Positions 1 through 14,728 of a DNA stretch of 64,000 nucleotides are shown here, in pieces. Source of the stretch: Balanoglossus misakiensis (Eukaryota > Animalia > Hemichordata); contig CM082581.2 in the NCBI GenBank assembly GCA_040954595.2, forward strand, positions 7,896,059-7,960,058. Reading direction: 5' to 3'. Position numbers and translations under genes: made by a program. The number at the start of each line of letters is the position of its first letter. Position 1 is the stretch's first letter. Below the pieces are notes generated by a model that was not told the DNA's origin, did no database searches, and worked only from the letters and a program-made list of their open reading frames with translations.

Positions 1-1275
1 GAACCTGACCCACGTTCAAGGTTATTTTAACCATAGACCCTGCATGAGAACGGCTATGGTTTAACCGTCATTTATTTATCTGCCATTGTGTTTTACCTAC
101 GTGCAGAAATGACCCCTGATTCAGTACTAAGTGTGCATTTGATATAATGGCAGTCAGGGCAATTGTTCTTGAAAATAGCGAATAAGCGAAATCTGTTCTA
201 TTCACAGTACATGTATACCATTCCCAAATTGTTGGCGCACGCTCACGTGACCACTCCCCCAAATCAGAGGAAGTGGCGATCACTAGAGACGTCGCTTTTG
301 TTTGTCGAGTGAATACAAACGTTCACAGTGAGCAATGGTGACGTCGATCGAACGACCATTTTGTTCCGACACGACGGATTTCTAAAGGCTCGACGCTGGG
401 GTCAAATAAACGTTATGGTTTTCCGTAGAACACACGATTTGCTGTCTCATTCATCAAAGCCCAGATGCTGAGGGCCTTGGCTCTCTTCAGTCTGTGTGTC
501 ACGCGTCTAGCAACAGTGTTATGGCCTCGTAAACAAGCGAAGTAAACAATGCATCAGTGACAGAGGACGAAATCGCCACTTTCTCTCGGAAAGCACGGTC
601 TTGTGTTGAGTGTGAGAGCGACAGAATTTTGCGCTCAATAGATACAAAATCTATTTTTATAATAAATATTGTAAAATTAAATCTAATCAAGAAAATTCGG
701 TAGTCGACAACTTCACGAAGTGTCAGCAGATATAAATCCTGTTATCAAGAGGACAGTCACATTTGCTCCCATACAAAACGAGATCGTACAGTAGTGAGCG
801 TGGCGTCATTTCATTTAGATATTCACAATTCAATATGTAGACGACAGTATTTGTGTTTTGGAGCTAAGGTTCTGCGATGAGCAAGCTTATACAGCTCACT
901 ACAAAGCCACAAACACAATAGCATTCACCCAGGCCTATTTACGACCAAACGAGGCCATCAATTCCAGAAAGGTTCAGCATGGCCGTTCCGATTGAATGCT
1001 ATACATAAATCAACCTATGAAATGTGTCATATGTATGGAAATAGATTTGTAAAAGAAAACACTGATGATCGAAGCAAGCATAGGTGTCGCCGTTTCTAGA
1101 ACCTGCTGTTAGTGTTAGAGGGCGTTCTTTTACAATGCCGGGGCAAGGCACGATGACTGTCCAGTCTAACCAAACTTACAGACTATTAAGTGGTGGCAAC
1201 AGAGTAGAATATGGGCTTTAATCTTTGTTTTAAGATTTGTGTGGGTATAAATATGCCCTTTTATTGTTTTTGCAG

Positions 1276-2252
1276 CTGAAATCGGAAGTTTATTTAGTGG
1301 CGGCGGCATGGACATGACATCTGTACAAGGACTTGTGATGGATGTAAGTATTCACTCTGTTACAGAACCTGTTCTGTGTCTGTCTGTCCGTCTGTTTAAC
1401 TGACTACATACAGTATCATTGATTTGCTACACCTAGTCTGTTTCTCATAAAAACAGAAATTTCACGCGTCGAAGAAGTGTTGTACAGTGAAGATGAAAAC
1501 GATTGCACATGTCACTTTATCAACAAATCATGTCTTTTATAATTTGACAGAACTTGGCAAGCGTGTTCGCCGGCTTTGCAGTCTGCATCGCCATTGGTTT
1601 TCTGTTCCTGTTGATCTTCCCCATCGTCTGCTGCTGTTTCTGCTGTTGCCGGATGTGCGGCAACTGTGGCGGCAAGATGCACCAGAAAGAGACAAGCTCG
1701 TTGAAATGCAAGAAGTTTGTCTTCCTCGCCCTCCTCCTGACCACCACCTTTTTCCTGGGGTAGGTACCGCGAGAATCCACGAGATTCTCACCCACGTACT
1801 CTAAGGCAACAATCATCCCCTATATTATCTATGGTCAACTGAAGCTAGCTCAACACGTCTACTTGGACGATAATCCTAAATAGGGAAATACATGTAGTTA
1901 AACTAAGTAACGTTTCCTCAGATTTTGTAATTTGAATTTACCCCAATGACAGATTTGGAGTTGCGTGCGGATATTTTGTCAACGAACGTACAGAGGATGT
2001 CCTACTCGGCTTGGAAGATAATATCGTTAACACCATAGATGACATGTTGAAGTTTGTCAACAACACTGTTCAGGTTTGTTGAGTTAAATCGTTCACTGAA
2101 ACTCGTAAATATGGAGTCGATAAAATTTCAAACCTGTTTATGTAAATTCAAATAAATCCAAAATTTCTTGACAATATTCCGTGGCCCAATATTTACATTT
2201 ACTTGTGTTTGAGTGGGCCTTTAAATAAGCTTGAATTGAAAAAGCTGAAATT

Positions 2253-2307
<55 letters not shown>

Positions 2308-5300
2308 TGTTTCGTTGCATTCATTATTCTATTTTCAGGAGCTGACCTTTGTTGCTCTTGACCAGACAGTCTGGCTCATAGGCCAAGTTATGAATGATTT
2401 TGCAGGTCAGTACACGATAACATTAAAATGCACATATTTCACTAATGATCCACTATAACAGACGGAGAGAATGTTTGATGCCATTTTACATATTGTATAC
2501 CTATTTGTGCCTTTGTTTGTTTCCAGACGTTGGTGGAGTCCTTGGTACGGCCATTTATGACAGCGCAGCAGTAAATATCCAACCAGCTGTAGATGCAATG
2601 ATTACAGTAGTAGATAGTAAGTACTACTAATAAACTTTACCTCCGTGTAAACGACTTCCCATGTAATACAAAAAAGTTAGTGATTTTTACTGAACTGCGT
2701 TTGAAGGTGCCCCTTGGGATTTATGCCTCACAGCGTCTGAAGTATTTGCTTTAAGTTGTCAACACTGAGCACTGACTCCTCCGATCCTGTTTACAGATAT
2801 TGAAAACACCAAAACTGATCTGGAAGAATTGCAAACTCTCTCGGCGGCTCTGAAGACTGACTACGATGCATTTTGTGCCGCTCTAGATGTTTTTAAAACA
2901 ACTGTTAACAGTATGTATGCAGATGCAGGATGTACAGGGGCAACTTGTCCAAATCCCGGACGCCCGAAACCAACAAACATGAAATGTGTCGCTCCAATAC
3001 CTAAGTATGATACGGTGAGTAAAGATCCATTCCATGAAAATTACATTTGACAAGTGAATACTGATAGCGTGTTTGCGTTTGATGGTGTAACTGTTCGCTA
3101 ATCTATGTTGATTTTCAGTATTTTTTGTTTTGTGTATTTATAATGCAATTTCTCGTTCAAGATTCCCGAAACATGGGGAAATGCCCAGCATTTAGGTTTA
3201 TCAACACAACATATATTTGTATAGCCATTCTCATTGTTCAAAATTTGAATTCATTATTTTTTTCTTCAAACCATGCCTGTTATATTTGATTGCAATAGGT
3301 TACAAACGGTGAAACATTTCCCGATGTTGAAGTCGCCGCGGCAATAGTATCTTTAGACAACATCCTGGCAGACGATCCACAAGCCGAAGCTGAGGCCGTA
3401 AGTATGCGAACATTTCGGAAAATAAAACATTATCCAGAATGTAACTGGACAAGATATATGCATATTTTTTACATGAACGGTAACAATACAATAATCTTGA
3501 TGTCTTCAACATCGTAGGGTGCTGACCAATTTGAACGTATCCCGCAACGGGTTCAAAATGCAAGTGACGCAGCAATTGCAGGTAAAAAATATATATTTGG
3601 TGAAGTACTAGTCTATTGCTCATGCAAGATATTTGTGAGAAAATATACACATATTGTTCACCATCGCAACCAACGTGGTTCTTTACATTGCAATTCCACT
3701 GTACATCTTGACAAACAGTGCGACGTTACGTTTCATCCTATTTCTGTGTTGTTTTGATTTAACACGTATTGGGTGGCAGGGTCTCTCTGAGTTTTAGCTA
3801 ATTGTCAATTAATGTGAATTATGCATATCTTGTAACTTCTTCAGCTATCAACGGTACATTCACCCCATTTATAAGTCAAATCGAGGGTGCGCTGGCTCCA
3901 CTGACGAGCCAGTTAAATGGGGTAGGTACACATTATTTAAATCACGTGAACTCAATATTCATCGCATGTACGTGTGTGTGTGACATGTACATGTATGTAT
4001 GTATGTATGTATGTATGTATGTATGTATGTATGTATGTATGTATGTATGTATGTATGTATGTATGTATGTATGTATGTATGTATGTATGTATGTATGTAT
4101 GTATGTATGTATGTATGTATGTATGTATGTATGTATGTATGTATGTATGTATGTATGTATGTATGTATGTATGTATGTATGTATGTATGTATGTATGTAT
4201 GTATGTATGTATGTATGTATGTATGTATGTATGTATGTATGTATGCATGCATGCATGCATGTATGCATGTATGCATGTATGTATGTGTTATACATACATC
4301 ATTAATTCAAAGAGTACGTCAGCAACAAAAATGTTCGTTTTTCTTTCAATGTGTGCAGAACCAAGTTCAATTATTGATATCTAAGTTTTTACTTCATGAG
4401 CAATGTTACGTTTGAAAACTTGTCTGTGGTAACACTACGGTATTGTTATATAATATACCTTTGATTTATCGTGCCGAGTAAAATACTAAAGATGGGGCTT
4501 TAACACGTTTTTATTATACTTAATTTAGATGGTTGGTGGTGTCCAGGGTATTAAAGACGGTATAAGTGGAGCGTCTCAGCTTCTAGCCGAATATGATATC
4601 TATAGGTAAGACAGACGACTTTATATTTTTAGAGCAGACGTTTTATACTTGTGTATTAACGGGTTTCGTCGTTTACTGTAAGCGTTTGAGTAACTTAATA
4701 AAACCACTTCCAAGTTACATGGCCACTCCGTGAAAGTCTGTTATCGGATAGATCTCAACTTTCCGTGACTTTGTTTATTCGTACACATTTCGTGAATTTG
4801 ATGATGTGCCTGTTTAATCGCTAGTACAAATATCCTTACCCTTAACATGTTTTTTCATATTTGTTGCAGGACCTACGCAATGTACGGGCTACACGGCGTT
4901 GTTGTGCTGGTTGTTCTGTTCAATGTTATCGGTGTCGTGTTTGGGCTTACCAACTGCATAGCCAATCCCACCCCGACAGAGAGGTCGGCCTTGTCAAACT
5001 GTGGCGGACTGTTCCTCATGGCGTGAGTGAATCTTCTATAATGACAAAATCGACTGTGAAGAATGGGAAATGGGTCCAAATGTTACCCAGTTGATAGCCC
5101 GCATTCATTTCATCTGTTTTTTCTCGCCTTCTTAGGTCGGCTGGTTTCTGTTTTATTTTCGCGAGCTTCTACATGTTGCTGACAGTTTTTCCCTTTTTGA
5201 TTGGTGCACCTATCAACAAGTTCATCTGCCAGCCTCTTCTCAGTGGGGCACTCTTAGAAGCTGTGAGTATATAACACACGATAATGACCAGCCCTCCCCC

Positions 5301-8300
5301 CCCCCCAAGCGAGATCTCGCGAGTCTTGGTTAATTACCGTAGAAATTGGTTGCTTTAACGTCTGTTGGTATGCATATTCAATATTCAAACATACCCCGGC
5401 GTTTTGCTTTCACCGTGTACTTGGCTTTGAGTTCTGTAATCAACAGGCAGTATCTTTGAATGAATATTTCACTGATATTTGACCTGACGATTGCGTTGGC
5501 GAATAATCCCTCGGTATTTGCATTTTTAATGTTACCACCGATATCTTCCACAGACTATCGATAACCCCAATGGATTCATGGGCAGCCAGGGGTACTACTT
5601 GAGTGAAACGCTATTCAACGATGGAAGTATTGAATTTACTGTCAGCGGGGCTCTTGAGTAAGTACTTTCTTCCTGGTGGAAGAAAAGTGATGTCAGCACG
5701 TACCATTCTTTCCTTTGTGCAATAAGAGTGTATAAAGCTGTTAAAGATTGTAAAATCGTCCAAATATTTTGTGGATTTGAACTTGACACATATCGTACGC
5801 ACATCAAACGGCCACTCAGTCACGCCCCGATAGTTTTCTGCATGTCCAGTTACACTCATGTGAATTCAAAGATTGTAATGTTTTTTTTTTAAATATCTTT
5901 TTTTTTTCATTTGCAGCGATTGTGATAATGGTGCCACGCCATATAACGCCTTCCACTTGCAGTCATTTTTCGACATCAGTCAATACACAAATTTTGATCA
6001 GGTAGGTGTGAATTCTTCGCTGCGTGTTCAGTGTTGTTATCACTCGTGGAGTCTGGAACGGTTGTGTACAACATGGGGGAAAGGGGTGCTCTTATTTGAA
6101 AGAAGCCAATATGTACACATGCCACGATATCGTGCATTTACCACGCGGCTGCTTTGTTTTCTTTCAGTATTTTGATGACACTCAGTTTGATGGCCTGACA
6201 AACGACATTGATCTGACAGGCATTGAGATCATGTCTAACGACACAATAGATAGCTTAAATGCGTTCAAGGATGCCCCGCTTGACAGCATAGATTGGACCT
6301 CATACGAAGCCGAGGTAAGATGAATTTTATGAAAATATGCTGCAATGAGCCAGTCCTCAATGCAAAAAAACAGGCTTCTTACCATATAACGCATATAAAT
6401 TGTTGAATAATGTAGCTAAACTAATATTACCTTGAAATATTTTGGTTTTGTTTGAATGAACCAAATAGAACTCATCATCTGGTGTTATGTCCGTATAGAC
6501 AAACAGGTTGAAAGGCAGATAGACGGCCGACCAGACAGACTGATAGAAAAACAAACAAGCTAGCCAGGATGTTGTTGACTAGTTGTAGACTACTAACATC
6601 TCAAGTCAGCGCCATGTAACTCCTTATTCGATATTTTCATTCACAGCTTAATAAAGATATCTTACATGCTACCTATGGGGAAGATATTACTTCATTAGCT
6701 GACGCGATAGACAGTTACGTCATCACCAATAGTATTGCGGTTAGTATCATTAATTTGTTTGCTGTATACAAGAGGGCCAAAAGACACTATGTAAGATATA
6801 GCTAAACCCATTTCAATAAACAAAGCAATTTCTAAAGACTCTTTTCATTTCTCGGGGTATTTCCTTTCATGTAACCGTTGACATATGTCTGTAAATTTGT
6901 GGACTACTCCCCAATAGGAAAAATATACTTTGAGACATATCTAATTACACAATTCTGTTAAATTTTAGGATCCATATGCTTCATCACTTCGGAATACAGC
7001 AAATGATGTGAGAAGCTACCAATTAACCAATATTATGCCAATGGTCAATCAGAGGGTAAGTCATGTGACTCTTTGTCTACAGTATACGGTATTCTCAAGA
7101 GAAGTATTGAGAAATAATTAAACTTGTAACCACGCGATCAGTAGAAGCATAGACCTAGGATCTGTGGGGTCTATGGTACAAGCCACCATTAGAGTAACTC
7201 GATATGGGTGCGCTTGACGTGCGTAAAGTGACATTCCCCTTCGGACAAACATTGCTGAATGCCCTTAAAGCTGGCATCGAATTGGAAATATACACATACC
7301 ACGACGTGTCTATATATGACGACGAAGTAGTTTTACAGAAAACCCCAACTATCGTGCTTGATGAACTGGTATTTAAATAGTTAAGCATGGTTAGTATCAT
7401 TTTCAGTACTTTTACAGTCATTATGTTACTCATTTCTTTCAGAATAACGTCAAAGCTGCTGTACTTGCGTACCAGGCAAACTCGGGAAACATAGATGTAA
7501 GTTGCTCACATCGTGCGGGTACTTTTTTATATTTTAATATAAATTATCAGGATCAGAGATCCCGTGAAATAGCTACATGTATGGCAGAGATCTTAAATGT
7601 TTGACCACTATATCTCAGTTAATGTCTAATACACACATGTATATACTGTCGTAGACAGCAGTCAGATGTGATTGTCTGTTAAATGATGATACGTCTTGCT
7701 GTTTTACAGGCCAGTGTCGATGATGCTATCCTGAAGGGAAACGACGCCGATGACTACTTCGCAACCGATTCCATAGCGAACATTATAGACGCGGTAAGTA
7801 CGGAGAAAGTCTGCTCCACATAGCTAAAGATATGCGGACACCTCTTATTTAAATATGCCTATATACATGTATATGGTCAAAAGGGCGTGTCTGACCTGCA
7901 TTACCATATTTCCTTACAGGAAGTGGATAATTATAAAATTCGACTGAAAAACTACATACAGCAATTCAGCTCCTACGTGAACAAGAGCGTAAGTAAATAC
8001 TATTTTCCCTCGACATAATAAACTTATTTTACGATATAATGTGTATGATAATTCTCACTTGAACGCCAATTATTTTATTGCATTATCGCCTTTTGATATC
8101 TTGTACGCTGGTCTAGAACCCATCCATGATGATCGTAGAAACCATATTGTAATGCAACGGATAAAAAAACTACTGTATTTTTCAGATTGACCAAGATATT
8201 GGTAAATGCGAACCAGTGGCCAACGTCATCGACAACATCTTCAACTTGATTTGCCGTGACTTCCTGGATCCCTTCGTGAGTACTTCTATTCTTTGAAGTA

Positions 8301-9516
8301 AACTTATTCAGTATTCAGCAAGAATGTATATAGTTATACTAGTTTTTTCAGTTCAAAAATCCCCTGGTAATCACATTGTTAATTTTATAAAAACAAATAT
8401 CACGTTTATATTTCTTCCACGTGTATTCGTTTCCACAACAGAATGCGTTCTGGTTTATAAATGGATGGTACGTGTTCTTCTTCATGCCAAGTATAATATT
8501 TGGTGTGAAGCTGGCCAAATTCTTCCGGAAGATGAAAACAGCAGATACCTACAGGGACGAGTGAGTAGACGTCCGTCTTTCCTGTATATATAACCATAAC
8601 ATTACAAAGAATAAAAATAGATAATACTTATATCTATTGTCATAAGATAACGTATAATGAGTAAAATTGTGTTTAGTTGAGATAATTATAAAAAGTTTCA
8701 TTTGATGTTTTTTTTAACATTTTCAAATTTTATTTCAGCACAATGGAAATGAAGGGGTGAGTTACCTACTGTAAAATTTCTATTGGAATCTTTAAAGTTT
8801 GAAAACATTTTAACTAAGAAATACACTAAACGCACCTTATCCTCCTAAATCGGATGGCGTATCATACCTAAGTCCTGGAGGTAGCAACGTCTAATGCTAC
8901 AAATTGGTTCAAACAAGTAATATCTGAACATAGTAAAACAGCGTTATATGACATAATTTTAAGCTGTTGTAAGGGACAACACACAATGCTTAAATATACG
9001 GCAGTGAACGATGATACCATTTTCTGAGTGTCGTACTGATTTTATGACGTACTTCGTTTTTACAGCTATCCCGATTATGGACAGGGAGCGCCTTTCCAGT
9101 AAGTAATTGCAATAGTTTTAGAATCTTCCACAACAGTTTACAGTGCAATTAACATCAATCTACTACTGTAATAACCCAGTCATATACAAGTCAGTGAAAT
9201 TGCCATATTCAGCACCTACGGGAGTAGTACTGATTTACTAAGTGAAGTGGGCCAGTAAATTATTGTAATGTGTATGATATACAGTGGACTACATTTTGCC
9301 AGCATCAATGACCATTTATAGTATTGTGTGAGTTACACTTTTCTAAATATACTCAAACTGTCCAAAATGGGTGAAATCATTCGTGCCTCAAATAACTGTG
9401 ACCATCATGGAGAAGTGTTTAAGACGTATTCAAACTTAGTCCAACTTGGACTTCTAGATGCTAAATAACCCTCTCTTTCTCTTTACAGCAACAAGGTTGC
9501 GGCTGGGCCTGTGTGA
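1276..9516 (+). CDS. PROM1: Prominin (CD133-like) pentaspan membrane glycoprotein, multi-exon; 5' end lies upstream of the first recovered exon (probably outside the window)
   Basis: About 25 GT-AG exons join in frame, for example 1276-1343, 1551-1759, 1953-2073, 4870-5022, 8186-8275 and 8442-8560. Prominin hallmarks are present: the Cys-rich TM1-TM2 loop CCCFCCCRMCGNCGGKMHQK, PTERSALSNCGGLFLMA, FICQP, IGKCEPVANVIDNIFNLICRDFLDPFNAFWF and VKLAKFFRKM. C-terminal micro-exons at 8739-8756 and 9066-9098 lead to 9489-9516 (stop TGA). PROM1 versus PROM2 orthology is not resolved. Confidence 0.95.
2256..2303. repeat. (CT)n microsatellite, intronic
   Basis: Directly visible in the sequence. Confidence 0.98.
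3990..4286. repeat. (TATG)n microsatellite, intronic
   Basis: About 70 units, degenerating to CATG at the end. It produces the spurious MYVC and HTYI ORFs. Confidence 0.98.
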
Positions 9517-10339
9517 GTAACATGCATACACGCATGATTAATTGCGATACTCTGTACTCTTTCTTGAATCTATATCTCGACAACCACACGACACGGCATG
9601 CAAATTTGTGTCTTTGGACCTCCTATACCATCGTTCCGATTTATATTCACGTACTGATCACTAATAAGACGTTGCTGTGTTTGTGCCATAGAAACTGCAA
9701 GACATTTTAAAAACCCAACTGTTAGCGATGAACAATCACACTTGAATGAATTTTAATAACAGATATACACTTGCATTAGATGTCTTGCAGAGTTTCATGA
9801 CATGACAACTTACAGGCACACAATACGAATATAGCTTGTTTTTATGATGGTATTTTTAATATGTTGTCTGTTACTGCAAGCATGAAAATAAATTGTCATT
9901 CCAATGCTCCCTGGGATGTAAAATAGCTTGCCTTTGCTGCTGTTCGATAGCTTAGGATGTCCACAATAACTGTACTAATGACATGTCGGTCTACCCTCTC
10001 CCTCTCCCCTTTTATATTTGATCATTTTATGGTGTGGCGTACAGATAACATCTAAGTGCATGGCAGACGGAAATGTTGGGGAAAACAGGTGCATTTATCT
10101 TTGTTTATGATCTTATTTGTAGTTAGATAGTATATTAGAGTATGCTAGTATGTTAAGTATTTGTTGAGAATACAAGCTCTAACCTTCTGTACCAGTGATA
10201 TATTTCGTTAACTCTTATCTATAGGCATGTCCTGTTTGCACAATTGCCTTTTCGTACATGTCATAATAACACCCGTCCTATAAACACTAGGCCACGACTT
10301 AACCAACAAATTAAGACCGTTTGTGTTTTCTTTCAACAG

Positions 10340-10406
10340 CTGCGAGTTCTATGGAAACAACAGGTCCCGACTGACAGTGAGCGACGTAGAAATGCAGGGA
10401 ATTTAG
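10340..10406 (+). CDS. Putative alternative terminal coding exon of prominin (CEFYGNNRSRLTVSDVEMQGI*)
   Basis: Donor GT|GTGAGT at 9512/9513 overlaps the first stop codon. Acceptor ttttctttcaacag ends at 10339, the phase is compatible, and the frame is open to TAG at 10404-10406. A distal AATAAA lies at 12653. Confidence 0.6.
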
Positions 10407-13400
10407 AAACAGATCGCCAAAACAATAGTTTACTTATCCGGGGTCTAGTCATGGATTCATTGAGCGGGCCAAGTCGCCATCTTTTGACATCGTTTGTTAT
10501 CGTTTGTGTGGTGATGTCAGAGCTCGTGAATGTTTGGTAGTTGACGTCCCAATCAGGGGAGGCTTAACACTTACACCAAGCACCGTGTCAAAGGTTAGCG
10601 ACTTTACCCCCTTAAGGGATGAATTGATATGTATATTTTGTGGATGACACCCTTTTGTACTATTTACAACGATGAAGATGATAAACATCGTTTACTTTTT
10701 TATACAGTGTATAAACAAGAAAAAGAGATGCTCGTCTATTTTAAGTTTCGCGCTCTCCAGTGATAAGGACTTCTTACTGAAATGATTACTGCTCTTAGTA
10801 TTGCGCAAAACTTAAAATAAACTGGCCGATATTAAGATATGTTTTATTTGGTGTGGGTGATATCTATTTATCCCTATAGTATTACTTATTCTCAGTTCTT
10901 TTTTTATTAGCCTGACATACAACTGTACATAATTATTTGTTGTTGTGATAATTGAGGGATTACAATAACTTAAGGCACAGTATGCCTACATTGGAAGCTA
11001 GGACTTTTGATAATTACATTGGCATTTTTAAAGCATTTGAAAGATAAGTTGTTTTATGCGGCAGATGATGTATATTATAAAACAATAATTAACATAATGA
11101 AGTAACACAAGTCACTGTTAATAGTAAACTTATACTCGGTCAGCTGTGTATACAACTTTATTTTGTTTCTAACAAGTGATGTACATATCGTGTCAATTTT
11201 TACCAGTATGGAATGCCTACTCGTTCTTACATGTATATCCCGATACTTATTTTACTGATTTGAAAGAGGCTTTTATAATTTACAGTACACAGGGTATTAA
11301 GCAGATGTCTGATATTGTTTTCGACACACGTTTCTGATTACTAGTATTTGATATTGCGGTTTAGCAGGCTTGGTTGAGAATTTTTATGGAATGGTTGATT
11401 GACATTTAAAGAAATGATATTTAATCCCTTGACCTACCTTCCAATTTACTCTTTCTTGGTGTATTTTGTGAGTCAGAGAATGAACCAGTTTGATTTGCCA
11501 ATCAAAGTTCAAATTCACACACCCAACTGTTTCACGCAGACAGTTTGGTTCGCTGATTTAGATTCAAAATTCGAACAAGCTCGCAAGATATCATGTTACG
11601 TCAATTATGACAGTTCAAATAGAGCAATAATGGTGAATACGAAAAGATTAGGGATTATATCGTTCACATTCCAGCTGATCACAATGCAAAAAAAATATAA
11701 AGAAATAATAGTATTCTCTTCTCGTTTTCATCAGCACTCGGCTTACAGAGAAATCTAAGTTGAGAGTGATATGAACTATATGCTGCATTGAACTACTGAG
11801 TTTATTTCATTGATTTTACGTGTTCTTATTCTGGGAATGTATATATTGATAAATAGAAATGTAAAAAAGCGTACAATGAATGATGCCAAGATCAGCACTA
11901 GGTTCAGATTGCATGGAACAGAATCAGATCAATGTAATTAACTCTACAGGAAATAATTTACGTAATTATCAAAATTCTCCTAGGACGAGGCTGTCTGTCT
12001 GGTGTAATTTATATATACCTGAATGCAGCTAATTAATAAGATTTGTATATTTTGGACATTGTGAATGCAAATGATGCAGTGGAGGAATGATCTTAAAAAT
12101 TCAAGTATCTGACAGCTTTGTCTGTATCGTTTGGTCATATTAATATTTGTTCAAATTGATTTTAAGATTGTTAATATTTTAAAACATTTACAAACAAGGT
12201 TCGTTGGCCTTTTACTCCAATTAGGCTGAGAGGCTAATGCGGTGTACAGCTCTAACGCAGTGTGACCAGTGTCTTTGGGTTTTCAAACACGCGTGCTTGG
12301 CCGTGCGGTTCGGTAGGCTAACTTCAGTCGTAGGGCGTTTTGCCTGAGGTGTTTCATACATGTACGCCGTAGTAGTCACCACCATTGAAAGACCAAAGCT
12401 GGTAAAGCACGGTTGTAGAATCTCCACATAAGGCAATCGCCTCTGCAAATGGGACGCCTTGGTATTTTCGTTCACTTATGTGCAGTTCATGTATCATTAT
12501 GTATTTGACTCCATTCTTTTCAAATTTAATTTTCTATGCGTTGTGTGCTTGTATCCAGGAGTGCATTGGATGTGTGGAGTTTTACAGTCTTCTTTAAAGG
12601 CTGAAACTGAAGGCATTGTGTTTGAAATAATGTACATTTACCAGTGGATTTGAATAAAAAAAAATTTGAAACAGATACAATATATCTCTGAAGTTGAATT
12701 ACGTATTAGCAGATTTTTCCTCACGAGGTTAGATTTTGGAAGTGAGTGATGGCTAGATCACGTCATAGTATGTGTTTTTTTATTTCCCTTTGGATAACGG
12801 AAAAGTACTACGTTTTTCACTGAAACGTTGGATCTCAACCAACGCACCCTTACAGTTTTAAATAACGTACATGTACGTCAAGAACATATCTTTGTAAATC
12901 TGAACAAACAATGCGTGAAACAAAAAAAAACGCGCTTTGTGTTTTTATGCATTTTCCGTCCGGCTAGCGGCAGCGTTGACTGATTTCTGCGAAGAATTCT
13001 GAGAATTGCGTTGACCGCAGGTTGACAACCAAAGTTTCAGTCCAGGAGGTTGCATCTTTCCCCTTGGACGACGTCCAAAACAAACACTGTACCGCAACTC
13101 GGAGTGAACCTTTTTGAAAAATTACGCCAGGCTGGGTATACGCGCGCTGTCTTCCGACGGAAGGATATTTCCTGTAATTGAAAACTTTGCTGGTCCAGTG
13201 CGATGTATTCATGTCCGTCGATGTTCGTCGAACTGGAAATGACGCCCGAGCGGGGAACCGGGGTGTCAAGTGTGGAATGGAGTCAGAATAAATAATTCCA
13301 CAGGTGGATATTGGTCCAAGTGTCACGTCTGTCTGGTGCAGTGGAAATGGTTGACAATCTTGGGATTCAAGGGTTAGAGAATAGGGCGTCGGCTGTGCTT

Positions 13401-14567
13401 TCGGACCGCAATTTTACCAGTGCTAATCAAACACTGCTGTTTGCCAACGCTTTTCTCCTCTGCCGTAATTGTGGAACATGTCAAAATGTAGATAAATAAT
13501 TTTATAAAAATAATCGGCCTATTCATGGAATAACAACTCAGTAACATGTATACGAAATCACAGAGGAAACTGAAGAGATTCGACAGAAACATGTACTATA
13601 TTCTTTCGCTCATTCGGGTGAATCAATCGAAAGCTATATAATGTTTGAATCCCTACACGTTTTGAATTAAAAACGAAAACATAATTTTGGCTGGGGGACT
13701 CACTTTCTCACTAGATAGATCATATTCCACGAAAAAAACAATTATGAAAGTTTTATCGCAGAATTAAAAAACCGAGATGGCCGTTCATTAATATTTAAAA
13801 TGTAACCGAGCCTCGTAATGAAGGTTGAACGCGACCACTTCTGCTCTCGTTTGTTTACGCCTTCGTTAAAATGACACCACGTGCTCGTAATTTTACACCG
13901 GCGACCACTTTCATTTCATCACATGAATCGATCAAGTATTTCTAAACTGAAAGTATATGTTATACATCTGGGTGATAAAACCTCCAAGTTGGGCATATGT
14001 ACTTTCTCGACCATTGCCATCGATTCGAAAATGATACTAAGGGACATGATCGGCACCAGGAACTGTAGGCGTTTATACGATTCAGCAGTGGTCCTTCCGC
14101 CCGACTCTGGCCGAGGATCACACGTGACACGATAGAAGTGTCGTCCAGGTCTGGGAACTATATGGAATCGAACAATTCGAACGATTACGACATTCTTGTA
14201 CTGGGGTGTGGTATACTCTTTTACGACAGTTTGTCTCTTTTATCATGTGATGGCCGCTGCATATCACAGACTGTTTTAATTAAAGGGGAAGCGTATTTCT
14301 CACCCGGGAAGCAAGCATTGAGAGTAATATTCCCATAGCGAGGATTCTTCTGTATGATACGCAATCCACGTGACGATGGCTTTTCTTGGTACGGGACGGA
14401 GAGCATATCTAAGTGAATTGCACACCCTTCGACCCAGCGATGCCGGCAGCTCCGCATCTTCGTTTCCGGCCGGCCATCGGATATGTGCGGCGGGCGGATT
14501 GGATGACTAACTGAGTGTATTTTAGTAACAATGATTTCATCGTCGTCGACAAATGATACAATTTGGG

Positions 14568-14620
14568 GGGAAATTCCAACACAATGCCGTATTAATTTTG
14601 ATGTCGAGCAGGTATAAAAA
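14568..14620 (+). promoter_or_regulatory. Gene A proximal promoter: NF-kB site plus TATA box
   Basis: GGGAAATTCC at 14568-14577 and TATAAAAA at 14613-14620, about 110 bp upstream of the ATG at 14729. Confidence 0.7.
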
Positions 14621-14728
14621 GAGTACGCGTTTTGTAACTTTCAAACTTAGTTCAAGAGCTCGCCAAGTCCCTTATCTGCCTTTGAAGCGATCAATTTTCC
14701 ACACATCCCTCGTTTAAACGTAAACGCA

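Noticed and set aside
3802-4415. MYVC- and HTYI-repeat ORFs
   Set aside because: These are translations of the intronic (TATG)n microsatellite.
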